Part shown: piece by piece, positions 50,109 through 64,000 of the stretch
Layout of the letters: each line of letters opens with the position of its first letter
Numbering within the stretch: position 1 is the stretch's first letter
NCBI GenBank assembly: GCA_010909165.1
Contig: VJWM01000134.1
Span: 248,001-312,000, forward strand
Direction of reading: 5' to 3'
DNA: 64,000 bases
DNA from: Anthoceros angustus
Lineage: Eukaryota > Plantae > Anthocerotophyta
Translations under genes and position numbers: made by a program
The notes under the pieces: generated by a model
What the model was told of the DNA's origin: nothing
Database searches by the model: none
What the model saw: the letters and a program-made list of their open reading frames with translations, nothing else

Positions 50109-51014
50109 TCTAGGGGACCCTTAGACCAAGGTTCGCGATTTTAAATATTTTCGCGTCAAACATGAGCACATAGTATTAAAGTGCATTGTTTACAATCTTT
50201 TTGTATCAAACATGAGCACATTGCAGTCATAAGTGATCATTTATGGACCAAACTAAGCACATTGCAACTTCGCAATGGAATGCTCGGCGCCCAGGAACGG
50301 TCTTGCTCATTGCAATTTCGCAATGCAGTGTTCGGCGCCCAGGAACGGTCTTGCTCATTGCAACTTCGTAATGCAGTGCTCGACCCCTAGGAACAATCTG
50401 CCTGTGTTGCGTTGTACCCGGCAATAGTCCGGATTGTAATTTTTTTTGCATCAAACATGAGCACAGTGCAACTCCGCAGATAAGTGCTCTACACCCGGCA
50501 ACGGTTTGCGCATGGGGTTTTGCTCCTGGCAATAGTCTACCCGTGTGGTGCTTGAAAAACATTGTCAAGTCTTGAGCACATTCCAACTTCGCAACTAAGC
50601 GTTGTGCGCACGGTAATGAAACATACCCTTGCAATGCTTGAAAGACATTGTTCAATTATTTTTTACGTAGAATTGTGGTGCTTGAAAGATCACTTCATGA
50701 TGAGATTTGGTACAATATCACCTAGAGAAGTAATTAATGTAGAATAATAATTATATATTTTATCATCCCATAGCATATTGGTTCAACTCTTACTACTCTA
50801 TTGAATATTGGTATGGCAGCCTGGCTTTACTAGAAGAAGAAGAAGAATTTTATTTAAGTCCACCAAGGACGGATTTCCGTCATGGAACTGAAATATTATA
50901 ACTAAATAGATTGTGATAAAATAATCTGGACTAATGTAGATGTAAAATTTAAATAAGACAAATAATCTTCAATCAATCAACAGTGTGAATGAAATTGCAT
51001 GAACGAGGACCAAT

Positions 51015-51471
51015 CACCACCAATTCATCCCCACGAAAGAAAGCCACTTGACCTGCAGCACGAGCTGCTCTGAAAGTGAGTAACTTCTCCTTCTTAGTCT
51101 TCCATTGCAATGGTGTAAGATTATTGATATATAACTAAGTTGTTCGTAACATAGACCTAGCCTTCATAACCTGGAGGCGATCATGCATAGAGTGAAAAGT
51201 CATCATCAATATGCGCTCCCTACCATGATCCTTTCCAAGCCAGAAGGGCTCGAGGAACGACTGCATTGACCTCTAGTCTATTGAGAAACTCCTTTGCAGC
51301 CACAAGTGGTGCAACAATGTCATTACTAAGACCAGAAATTTTCAAGTTCAAAGCACGGCGAGCACGGTCCGCCGTCTCGGAAACAACTTCCGATACTGTG
51401 TTGCCACCAGGATAAGAGGGAGCAGGGGAATCATTAATCCCTAGGAGGTTTTTACTAGTAAGCTTCTCCAA
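51015..51471 (-). mobile_element. LINE ORF1-like fragment (pseudogene)
   Basis: RARRALNLKISGL ... LTPLQWKTKKEKL..RAARAAGQVAFFRGDELVV resembles L1-type ORF1p RRM/CTD; contains stops. Confidence 0.45.
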
Positions 51472-52023
51472 ATATGTAGGTAAAATTTGTTTCAGTGAAG
51501 ACTAGGCTGCTAAGTCTGTGCGGCAGATATATAACTAATTACATATTCCTACAGTAAAAAAATGCATAACAACATATATATAAAGTCTCTAAAAATAGCT
51601 AAAAAATATAAGGCAAACCATAATTTGTGATCATTATCCGTTTGGGGTGCGAGGTCAAGCTTGCGTACATACAATAGTACCTCCGGAAACTGATCCTGGT
51701 AAGTACATAGTAACGATGAAAACTGACACTGGTAACTATATGGTAACTACGGAAACTGACATTGGTTACGTGGTAGCTGCAGTGGTGGTCAAGATCAAAC
51801 TTGTGTTGTTTGAAAACTAGGGCACTTCGTGTTTCAACCACCGTACTTCTTATGGGGGCCATAATGAACTTCCAGTTTCTGATGTGCTTCCGAATCCCGA
51901 TGGATCTGATGCATCCGACATGCAAACATCGAGATGCCAAGACCATTTACATAGTTCTCGTGTCTGTACATAATTCCGAGGGTCTACGAGTGAATTCTTT
52001 CAACACCAGCCGTTGCAGCATCT

Positions 52024-53494
52024 TCACTCCACAAGTGAGTTAGTTACTGCACCTACTAATTGCACCGCTTCTGCTTGTAACCAAAAGTGTTGGTCAGCAA
52101 AATCAGAAGAAGCTGGCTCTGACCTCTCGCTAGCTTCTAGCACTACCCCACATGCTGATCCCAATGTATCAATAAGCTCCTGCTTGGCTTCCTCAGCTGT
52201 TTTTATCAGACTACTGGAGTCCAGTTCGTAGTCCCCACTTGCCATCCCGGCCGAAGGCAGGAGTTGATGAACAAGCAGCAACAGAAATTCCGCACACCGT
52301 AACCTGCATGGTCCCATCTTAAGTGACTCACGACTGCTATTCGCAAGAAATCAACTGCAAACCCTGCACACCTGTTCTACAACCAACCTGGTCTCTTCTT
52401 CAGCAGAACCATCTTTGAGAAGATCAGCTATTTTACGGAGGCCATCCAGATGTTCAAACTCCTGACAGAACAAGACTGCAGCCGTCAGAAGAAAGACATT
52501 CAAGTAAGAGGTGCTATTCGACACAAGCCTAAAAGACAACCTTCAGAAATGGCGGGTAATTGTTTGGAGCCCCAGTGTTGCTAGTACACACCTTTTGGTT
52601 GACTGATGAATCCATCATAAGTGCCAGCAGAGCATCTAGACACGAAATTTGTTGAATGGAACCATTCCTCAACAGCAAGTCCATGATAACCTGCAGCGAA
52701 CAATATCACTGGATCCACTAATCAGGAAAGCGCAAAATGGTTCCACAGGACTTGACTCAATACTGCAGCATACTACCTTCACTCCCATGTACTGAGAAGC
52801 CAGGAATCTGCTAGAGATATCGATGATACAGCACCCTTCTAAGACTCGTAGAGCCAAAGTAACTTCACGGTCCGAAGGCGAGCTCACTACTTGCGGGGGT
52901 TCATCACATGATATTGGGTCCGAAGGCAACTCCAAATTCCTCTTAGGTGGTGCCAACGTGTTGTCAAAAAGGACTGGGACTACTGCAATTCGACCACGAT
53001 GCCCCGTAAGACCACATAGGAAGATCACTTGCAAGCTTCTTGGGAATGCAGCGATAACACATACTCAATGCCTCATACAACTCCGCCAGGCCCTCAACCC
53101 TACCAGCAAACAGAAAAATCTCGCTTGCAGTTCTGGCTGACAAGTGAAACCGGGAGCAGGTAAATGGAACAGACACCACGAGCGTACCTTGCAGGTCCGT
53201 GTAGTTCTGGCTCTCGTTGAAGAGTTGCGTCACCTTCTCAGATTTGGCAGCAGATGTCAGAAACTTGATTAGCGCCTTCAATCCCTTGATCCGCATGAAG
53301 GAGAATTCCGCCTTGGCATCTCGCAGTGCTTGCTTCAGTGTAAGGGACACCTCTCGGTACAAACGCTGGTTAGTGAGATGGAGCACCAGGTCTGCCACGG
53401 GCGAGGGCTCCCCTTGGGACGATGATCCGAGAGCAGGTGGAAGCAGGCCCTCGGCCCATTTTGGACACCTCTGCACAGCTGCTCCGTCCACCAT
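52024..53494 (-). CDS. Plant homologue of Cdc14 (SIN component, ARM-like; not the phosphatase)
   Basis: QRLYREVSL.LK.ALRDAKAEFSFMRIKGL...LQ|VVPVLF...LALRVLEGCC...CLDALLALMMDSS.NQ|EFE.LDGL...LRCAEFLLLL; multi-exon with GT-AG introns (e.g. 53187-52983). Confidence 0.75.
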
Positions 53495-54233
53495 TCCGTT
53501 CACAGCGCCAGGGACGTGAGACAAGGCACACACCTGACAAATACAAAACGCATACAAGGACACATACCCCACACGTCGTCCATTGTTCCTCAGATCCCGC
53601 CCTCCCTCACTCTTCACCTCCAACCGCAATACGGAAATCACATGAAGTACGCCCTCTTCACATCTACACCCTCCCTTTTTGGCAGCGGCTCTGCTTCTTG
53701 GTTGCAAAATGAGTTGCTGTCATGTTGAGAACGTGTCCTGCCCGAGCTGAAGGGAAGTGACAAGGTGACTCCAATAAGACTTGGAAACATGGGAATGCAC
53801 CAAGTTTCAATCATTCATGTGGGAAAATATGCTACACTTCGTTCCCTCTCAGATGCCATAGCTGCCAAGCTCGACCGGGACTACTCAGGGATGTATTAGT
53901 CATCTCAATCACACTTGGATCTCCTAGGACAGGAAATCGTCGAATCTAGAGGTTTTCATACGCTAATACCAACCCAATATTATATGACCTACCTACCCTT
54001 TTAATATCCTTATTCAAGACAACGCCCCTTTCCGTGCGCTCCTGCCCGCATCTGTTTCTCAACCTTCCTCGACGATTTGAAAATAATTGAGGAAAATAAA
54101 AAACCCACTCAAAAAGGCCTCCGTCCATCTGGGTTAACAGAGCGGACGGAGTTAAGCAAGCACATTCACCCAAAAAGAGAAAGTGATCTCCTTTAGAGTA
54201 CACACTTGAGCACTGGGTATGGCTTCATTGTTA

Positions 54234-57200
54234 TCACGGTCGACCCTTACAACTGCAACAACCAGCTGCGAATCGATGCACACGGTACCCATCCCTTACA
54301 ACAATGTCTCTCTGTTCAAGCCTGGACAAGATCTCCGTGGAACTATGGCAGTCGCTGCACATGCGTAGATTCTTCGTTACCACCAGAGGTGTCCCACTCG
54401 GAGTGTTCAAGAGACCAAACGCCAGAGCTAGCTTCTCAGCATGCCCACAAAGCAAATCATCTGTTTCCTTCTCACACAGTGGCTTCAGCACCAACTTTCT
54501 GTGAGGTACGTGGCCTCCTTCCTCCTTCAGACGGGCATTCGTGCTCTCTACCTTAAGAGCAATATCCTCTCTTCCTTCTCCTACCAGAAATCGATGTACC
54601 TCCTTATTTACCTCAATGGTTGCCACCGCGGGTTCCTTGTTAGCTCCTGCTATCCTTCGCTGTGTTTCGATCCTGTCTACATCGGTCCACCTACCTGCAT
54701 CTGCGTAGGCATTGGCCATGAGAACATATGCAGATGCCTCCAGGGGCTCCAGCCTAACAATTCTTTCAAAACATCGCATCGCCCTCTCGATATCCCCATG
54801 ACTTTTGCAGGCATTCAACAAGGACCTCAAGCCCACAACATCACTTTGGCCCTCACATGACAAAAGCATCTGCTCTGCCTCATCTAAATGGCCCGCACGC
54901 CCAAGAAGGTCAATCATGCAATTGTAATGCTCAATAGTAGGTTCGATGCCATGCTGTTCAGCCATGGAATCAAAGAGCTGGCGACCCTCGTGGACCAGTC
55001 CCTCATGACTGCACGCTACTAGAAGGCAAGTAAAAGTAGCACCATCAGGCTGAATACCGGCAAATAACATCTCCTCAAAACACGCTAGTGCTCTGCGACC
55101 ATCGTCGCAAGTACCATACCCAGATATCAGCGCTGTCCATACAACCACGTCCTTTGTCGCCATGCTGTCAAACACCTGGCGTGCATCTTCCAGTTCACCA
55201 CATTTTGCATACATGTCCACCAGGCAGGTGCCCACCATTATCCAGCAGTCCTCTTTCCACAATCTGTGAGTGCAGCTGCCTGCCCTTCTGTAAGGCACCA
55301 GTGCTTCCACAGGCCTTCAGAAGGCAAGCAAAAGTAACATGGTCAGCCAAAATGAGGCCCTCCTGCTCCATTTGTCCATACAGAAGAACTGCCTCATGTC
55401 CGAGCCCTTGCTGCATACAGCAATCAGGGCATTCCATGTCACCACATCCTTTGTGCCATGCTGTCAAAACCTGGCGTGCATCTTCCAGTTCACCACATTT
55501 TGCATACCCAGCAATCAGGGCATTCCATGTCACCACATCCTTTGTGCCATGCTGTCAAAACCTGGCGTGCATCTTCCAGTTCACCACATTTTGCATACAT
55601 GTCCACCAGGCAGGTGCCCACCATTATGTCATCCAGCAGTCCTCTTTCAACAATCTGTGAGTGCAGCTGCCTGCCCTTCTGTAAGGCACCAGTGCTTCCA
55701 CAGGCCTTCAGAAGGCAAGCAAAAGTAACATGGTCAGCCAAAATGAGGCCCTCCTGCTCCATTTGTCCATACAGAAGAACTGCCTCATGTCCGAGCCCTT
55801 GCTGGGCATACCCAGCAATCAGGCATTCCATGTCACCACGTCCTTTGTCGCCATGCTGTCAAACACCTGGCGTGCATCTTCCAGATCACCACATTTTGCA
55901 TACATGTCCACCAGGCAGGTGCCCACCATTATGTCAGCCAGCAGTCCTCTTTCAACAATCTGTGAGTGCAGCTGCTTGCCCTTCTGTAAGGCACCAGTGC
56001 TTCCACAGGCCTTCAGAAGGCAAGCAAAAGTAACATGGTCAGCCAAAATGAGGCCCTCCTGCTCCATCTGTCCATACAGAAGAACTGCCTCATGTCCGAG
56101 CCCTTGCTGGGCATATTCAGCTATCAGGGCATTCCATATTACCACATCTTTTGAGTTCATGCTGTCAAAAAGCCGGCGTGCCTCTTCCAGTTCACCACAT
56201 TTTGCATACCCAGCAATCACGGAATTCCATGTCACCACATCCTTCGAGTTCATACTGTCAAAAACCTGACGTGCATCTTTCAGTTCGCCACATTTGGCAT
56301 ACATGTCCACCAGGCAGTTGCCCACCACTATGTCATCCAGCAGTTCTCTTTCCACAATCTGCAAGTGCAGCTGCCTGCCCTTCTGTAAGGCACCAGTGCT
56401 TCCACAGGCATTCAAAAGGCAAGCAAAAGTAAAATGGTCAGCCGAAATGAGGCCCGCCTGCTCCATCTGTCCATACAGCACAAGCGCCTCATGTCCGAGC
56501 CCTTGCTGGGCATACCCAGCTATCATGGCATTCCATGTGACCACATCCTTTCTCTCCATGCTGTCAAAAACCTGGCGTGCATCTTTCAGTTCGCCACATT
56601 TTGCATACATGTCCACCAGGCAGTTGTTAACAAACAAGTTACTAGGAATACCACTGTCCAACACATCACAGTGCACTTTCCTGCCAGATTCCAAGTCGGC
56701 GGCAAATGCACAAGCTTGAAGGGCAGCTACAAAGACTTGACCAATCGCCTTCACCCCTGAACTACGCATCTTCAGGTAGAGTTGTATGGCCTCTTTAGGT
56801 TTCCCATGTTTAGCATGTGCGTTGATTATGGAAGACCACATGAAGGCATCTGGTCTGCCCACCCTGGTGAACACATCCATGGCCTCCTGTAGCCTTCCTC
56901 CACTTGCATACATGCGCAATACATGGTTTCCCAGGTACGTATTCGAATCGTACCCCAGTTTGACAACAAGATCATGAACTCGTCGCCCCTCAACCAGATC
57001 CTTCTTAGATGCACACAGTTTTAGCACTGTATACAATAAAGACAGAGAAATAGAAGAGCCTGTGAGTGCCAAAAATTCCAGGGCTCCAACGGCCTCAGTA
57101 AGCTTCCCCTGCTGACAAAACGAGGTCACGGAAACAGCTGTCACGAGCCCAATTTCCGATCCTCCACGCCTGCCAGGTCCAGGATTATCCGCAGAGGTGG

Positions 57201-57612
57201 ACTCGGAAGCAGAGGCACCATGACCCATCTGCACATCCAAGGAAACGAGCTGCTCATCAACCCAAGCTGGCTTGAACTCGTTTACCCACACCACCTTGCC
57301 TGACCCCTTACGCCGGAAGTCTGGCGAACGGGAGCTCTTCTTATCTTGTCTGTCGTCCCACCACATGGTAGGGTCCAGAGAAAATTGTTGCCACAATTGC
57401 TCCTGCTCCTGGCGAGAACCATCGCTGGATACCCCGTCCCCATACACACATTTCCTCGGAAGTGGAAATGCTTGGCTCCTCGCACTGCTGCACCTGGAGG
57501 CTTGGTTGTTTGCCGGGGCTTGAATCCCTGGTGTGAGGTGAGCGGGAGCTCCTCGAAGAATCCCTGTACACACACCAATTTGTTGGGTCCACGATAATCC
57601 CCGCCGACGCAT
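54234..57612 (-). CDS. PLS-PPR with N-terminal PDF motif and C-terminal DYW:KP domain ending in GRP (candidate U-to-C editing factor); frameshifted in the repeat region as assembled
   Basis: Likely start MRRRGLSW at 57612; PLS repeats; KEPAVATIEV (KP box), CGHAEKLALAFGLL, KNLRMCSDCH, terminal CSCKGRP; frame breaks at ~55240-55830. Confidence 0.9.
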
Positions 57613-58708
57613 CGCCTTGGCGTGGAGCGAGAACCGGAACGTCGTCGTGCAACTGCAAGTGCGAACGGGGAGCAGGATGTGAACATAGATGTACAGTCTC
57701 ATGGAGCATATGATGTGGGACCCAAATGCTTTGCTTTAGGAGCGCCATTTGTGTGAAGGTTTAGCTCGTAAGCAGGGTGGATGCTCCTGACGACTTTTTC
57801 TTGGGTACCCTGGAAAAAGGATTGATTTGTGTACTATATCTAACTCTTTTCATTTCTAAAGGTCTTTCCATATTCCTCACTAGGATCTTGTAAGTGGGAT
57901 AAGAGAAGTTTTTATCAGATTTTATGAGAGCATAATTCTCTAACTGACAATGTCCCATAGGAGTTTTTCTTGCATAAGTTTTTGGTACATATATAACAAT
58001 TTCAAACTATGTCACACTCTTTTGGTGTAGATAGAATACATGTTCTTCCATCATCTTTTAGTATAGTTAATGTAGAGGTTCTTCCACATGTCTCTCTTGG
58101 TGTCGGTAGAACACAAGTACTTCACACTCTTTTGGTGCAGATGGAACGCATATTCTTCCACACTCTTTTGGTGGAGAAAAAATACACGCACTTCACTAAA
58201 GAGTTAAGATGGAGTCACGGGTCACCGGCCGAGTTAAAGATATCTAGACAGAACTACCTATCTCTGTATACTGCAATGCTAAGTGTGATCAAAAGTAAAT
58301 ATTAAAATAATTTTATGGTACAATATTCTTAATAAAATTATAGTAAAGTTGCAATCTCCATGCATAGGTTATGTGACAAGACATCTCCCAAAGATTTTCT
58401 CGAAGAAAGCAAGATCTCCGAAAGACACAGTCAAGTGTAGTGGTCCGACCAAGCAGAATAGCGAGGTCGGGCCCCACTGACGGGTAATACCTACCTGCCA
58501 GGGGAGCCGGCTGAGATAGTCCCTCGCATGTGGCACGCACTAAATCCTTCCCATTCCGGCACCCGAGATGCAGAGCCGTCATCATCATGTGTCCGCACAA
58601 CTTCACGAGCAACTTCTGGCCGTGTCTCTCGATCTGCTCGTAGTACCTACCACGCACTCCGCAATGACAGAAGCTCTGTGTTGCAAGGCATCTCCAATTT
58701 CAGCTCCG

Positions 58709-58762
58709 GCTGAGGCTGAAGCTGAGGCTGAAGCGGAGGCGGAGGCGGAGGCTGAGGCTGCG
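58709..58762 (+). repeat. GC(T/G)GA(G/A) hexamer microsatellite (Ala-Glu)n
   Basis: GCTGAGGCTGAAGCTGAGGCTGAAGCGGAGGCGGAG... read directly. Confidence 0.85.
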
Positions 58763-58822
58763 CAACCCCTTTCTCCTCCTCCGTCCGCTCGCACCCCGCT
58801 GCTATATTGTGCCCGTCGGGCC

Positions 58823-61256
58823 ATGAAATCACTGCTGTGGGCCGTCCTGGCCTTTTCCCTTGTGCTCTGGTGTGTTCAGGGGAAGCGCGTCGCCTGCGGA
58901 CTCCAAGATCCCTTACCCTCAAGAACGCCGCCTTTCCAAGGCCAGGTCGTAGAGGAGGTCGAATTTGTGGTGCAAGAGAACGTGGTGGTTGCCACCATCG
59001 ACGATGACTTCCTCTGCGCGACTCTCGACTGGTGGCCTCCTCAGAAGTGCGACTATGGCACCTGTAGTTGGGGCAACGCTTCCCTGCTTAATTTGGTATG
59101 TGGTGGGCAGTTCTGGTGCTGCGCTCTTTTGCCTTGTTGAAGTTTCAGCAGCCCATCTAGGAAAAGTAGCGCAGGCTTGACAGTGTCCTGAAAGTCACTG
59201 GTTTTCGATTGTTGTTGGCAGGACCTGACGAATCCCTTGCTGGAGCACGCTCTTGCCGGTAGAAGTGACTTCATGTAGAGATTGAAGTTTTTAAGTACAG
59301 AAGCATTTTGTGAAGTGACGTTCTTGTGCATGCCTTGTGTGTGTGGCAGCTCTGGCCCCGTTTAAGGTCCGGTTGGGAGGCTCTCTGCAAGACCAGATCG
59401 TGTATGGGGTAGGACTCTCGAATGGCAGTATCTGCGCACCACTTGTGCCGGACCGTTCGAGCATGTTCGGCTTCTCGGGAGGGTGTTTTCCAATGCCTCG
59501 TTGGGACGCCCTGTACAAGCTGTTTGCTAAAACGGGGTAAGCAAAGCTGTGGACGTTGCCAGGACCCAGGACAAGGATTATCGTTCTTCCATCCGGGTTT
59601 GGTTGGCGTGACATGCCTGCTGCCCGGTTCTGTGCACAGATCCACTGTAGCCTTCGGCTTGAACGCACTGTATGGGAGACTCCGGTCGGAAAAGGGAGGA
59701 TACAGCGGGCCGTGGGACTCCTCAAACGCGGAAGCCTTCATCCGATACACAGTGGAAAGAGGTTACGCTGTCCAGGCCTGGGAGTTCGGTATGTACCCAG
59801 CTGGCCAGGCAGCTGGAGCAGACAAGCGTCTCCCCCCCTGTCCTGGCCCAGGCTCGAGGCCCTGTGCTGATGCTGCGGAGAGCCTTGCCTTAAGCCGCAG
59901 GTGAACTTGTGGGTGATACAGGTAACGAATTGGGAGGCCAGGGAGTTGGCACCACCATCTCTGCACCCCAGTTCGCAGAGGACGTGAAGAAGCTCAAGAG
60001 CACCATAGCCGCAGCGTACGCGGGGCTCAAACCACCTACCCTGGTGGCCCCCGACAGCTTCTTCGAGCAGACGTGGTACGCCCAGCTGTTCGATGACACC
60101 GGTTACGGAGTGGTGGACGTGGCTAGCAGACACATCTACAACCTGGGCCCCGGTACGCACTCCACTCCACTCCATACCCTCCTCTTCTCCATGCGCACGC
60201 AACGCGATGCGAGGCAAAGTAACGGCAGAGTGCGCGCAGGAAGCGACCCCGGGCTGCTGGACAAGATCCTGGACCCGGACTACCTCGGCGGGGAAGCCCA
60301 CAACTACCAGGCCGTCCAGGCCGTGCTGCAGGAGCACGCACCATGGTGCGATGCCTGGGTCGGGGAGGCTGGAGGCGCGTACAACAGCGGGAAGCACCTC
60401 GTGACGGACGCCTTTGCCTCGGGCTTCTGGTAACCAAGGCTCCACGATTCTGCTCCCATTTCCATCCATGAGTTGTACGTACTCGTCACCCTGAGGCAGC
60501 CTCCTCCTTCTTGTCCAGGTACGTGCACCAGCTGGGCATGGCTGCCTCGTTCAATAACAAGGCCTTCTGCCGGCAATCCCTCATCGGAGGCAACTACGGC
60601 CTGCTCAACACCACCACCTTCCACCCTAACCCCGACTTCTACAGGTGAGCTCAAAACCGGGCCGATGTTCCAGCATCAGCTATGGCAGCGGCCTCATACT
60701 CCCGTCTCGTGTTGCCAGCGCCCTGCTCTGGAGGCGGCTGGTGGGCAAGAAGGTGCTGCAACCCGACATATCGCTGAGAAGCCGAGCGCAGAAAAGCTTT
60801 CTCCGAGGCTACGCGCATTGCCACAGAGAGGACAAGGTACGCTCGTATGCTCCCTCTTTCCCATCCTCCCTGCTGCTAACAGCGAACAGTAACGGGGCTG
60901 GGCTGTTATGGATGCAGGGAAGCATCACCGTTATCCTACTCAACTTCAGCCGCGAGACGATTCACATTGTGAGTATCTTCTCGGGGGTGAGGAGAGCTAG
61001 GAAGGTGGACAACGGCGAGCCCTTTTCCCATCGAACGTCGTCGCCTGGGTCGCGGCTCGAGTACCACCTGTCCGCGCCCTCCCTCGACAGCCAGGAGGTG
61101 AGGCTCAATGCAAGGCCCTTGACGATCACTGGTGACGGCCAGCTTCCGGAGCTTACGCCGGTACACGCGCCCGTGGGCGATCCCGTACACGTGCAGCCTC
61201 TCTCCATAGTGTTCGTGGTGGTGCCCTATGCCAATTTGCCAGCTTGCTCTTTATGA
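58823..61256 (+). CDS. Glycoside hydrolase family 79 (heparanase-like / beta-glucuronidase)
   Basis: Signal peptide; DDDFLCATLDWWPPQKCDYGTCSWG; RLGGSLQD; WEFG|NEL (acid/base); AWVGEAGGAYNSG (nucleophile); FCRQSLIGGNYGLL; multi-exon. Confidence 0.95.
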
Positions 61257-61610
61257 ATCAGGTACCTTGTTACCTACGGGACGTCCATTAGGATGAACAC
61301 TCCGCTTGAGCTGACAGCTCAAGAACTGTATTATCATCAGAAAGGCATTACAAGACTAAGAATTGAGCAGCAGAGGAGGTTTTCGGGATGCAAATCTACG
61401 CCCTGTTCCAATGAGCTGTGGGAATACCAGGCGGTGGTGGCTGAGCAACCAGCGTCCGCTATATCTATTACCAGTACAAACCATTTAACTGTCGTACCCC
61501 CACCTCAACAACTATTACGGATTGCCGGGGCCAATGCTCAGCATGTCCATAACAAAAAAAAAGTCTCAACACCGGGGTGGTCTGACATGAAAAACCTGAT
61601 ACTAACACCT

Positions 61611-63076
<1,466 letters not shown>

Positions 63077-64000
63077 TTCTCACAGTCCTGCAGATCGCCA
63101 CATGCACGTCAGCCGGAAACCCGTGATTGCGCACCAAGATCAGCCGAGATGCAGGAATAAAGCTCCTACAGGCAGATCAAACCAGCAAAAAGCCAGATCT
63201 GAGCCTGCACATCAGTCCACCGCCACACAGACACACAAGATAGCCATACAGCTCCCTCTCAGGCCAGATCCGGCGACACCGGCCCCCTCACCCGCTGCAC
63301 ACGATCGATTGGCCCCGCGCCGCTCGCAAGCTACCGCCTTGCCCTCGCCTGTGCTGCCTTCCGCACCGGCCGGGTCCGCTAAGCGATGCTCTGCTCCGAT
63401 CCGCGCTACTGCTGGATGCGGCACAACACTGGCAAGGCAACCCGCTCCCGCGGGCAATAAAGCGCGAGAGAGCGAGCCGAGCCGCGGTGGTGCAGAACCG
63501 CAGAGGCGAGCGGGAGAGAAGAGCGCGAGAAAGCGGGCAGACAACGGAGAAAGAGAGGAGCCCGAGATGTCGAGTTGCGGGGGAAGAGAGAGAGCACTGC
63601 GTCTGTGGGAGAGAATGCGCGGGCGAAACCAGCCCCCGCATTTGAAAACCTGGGCGAAACCAGGGTGATATTTTTCGAAAAAGAATCGTGCAGCCAATAA
63701 ATGCGCGGCAATGTTAAGCACAAACCGCGCACGAAACGCGTGTGGGAAAGAGGAGGCTCGGGTGCGAAAAACGACGGGCTTCGTGTTGGCGGGCCTGCGG
63801 TTTGCCAGTGGCGCTGTGATTAGGTTAGGGCGGGTTTCGCCCAGTGGAATTCGCCTGAACGCGCGGGGCCGTACGCGCAGAGGCGGGAGAGGCATCGTGG
63901 CCGTCAGGAGGGAACATCGGGGCAATCGCGGCCGTCCCACGCTACCAGTGGAGTGGTTGAGCAGAAGCCCTAACTCCAACCCCGCGTTTACCCTAACCTA

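Larger units (their letters stand above)
48811..50369. repeat. Near-perfect ~773-777-bp tandem duplication rich in GCATCAAACATGAGCACA subrepeats
   Basis: Copies 48811-49587 and 49588-50360; CAACTTCGT microhomology at 48811, 49588 and 50361. Confidence 0.95.

Noticed and set aside
58010-58180. CACACTCTTTTGGTG short repeats in the PPR/GH79 divergent promoter
   Set aside because: Only ~3 degenerate copies; no function supportable.
63960-64000. CCCTAA-like motifs at the window end (telomere?)
   Set aside because: Only 2-3 imperfect units; consistent with telo-box-like promoter motifs, and the window ends before this can be judged.

Overview
Eukaryotic plant nuclear DNA. A DYW:KP-type PPR ending in GRP, long L-type PPR motifs and short introns suggest a seed-free plant (hornwort, fern or lycophyte); the species cannot be fixed from sequence alone. 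About 1-42.8 kb is decayed, nested transposon sequence: DNA-transposase remnants, CACTA, MULE, hAT, two Ty3/gypsy remnants, and a near full-length Ty1/copia inserted into a long coiled-coil transposon-like ORF. This part contains several 1.7-2.6 kb indel-rich tandem duplications that may partly be long-read assembly artefacts. About 43-64 kb is gene-dense: a His/Gly/Pro-rich small ORF, a PLS-E+ PPR gene, a secreted DUF26/Gnk2-like ORF, decayed tRNA-Glu copies, a plant Cdc14(SIN)-like gene, a PLS-DYW:KP PPR gene (candidate U-to-C editing factor), a GH79 heparanase-like gene and an actin with an extended N-terminus. The most striking observation is that both PPR editing-factor genes carry N-terminal OSB-type PDF motifs, known as ssDNA-binding modules. 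One gene has two such motifs, each split by an intron at the same position. All family assignments are from motif recognition by eye; no searches were run.
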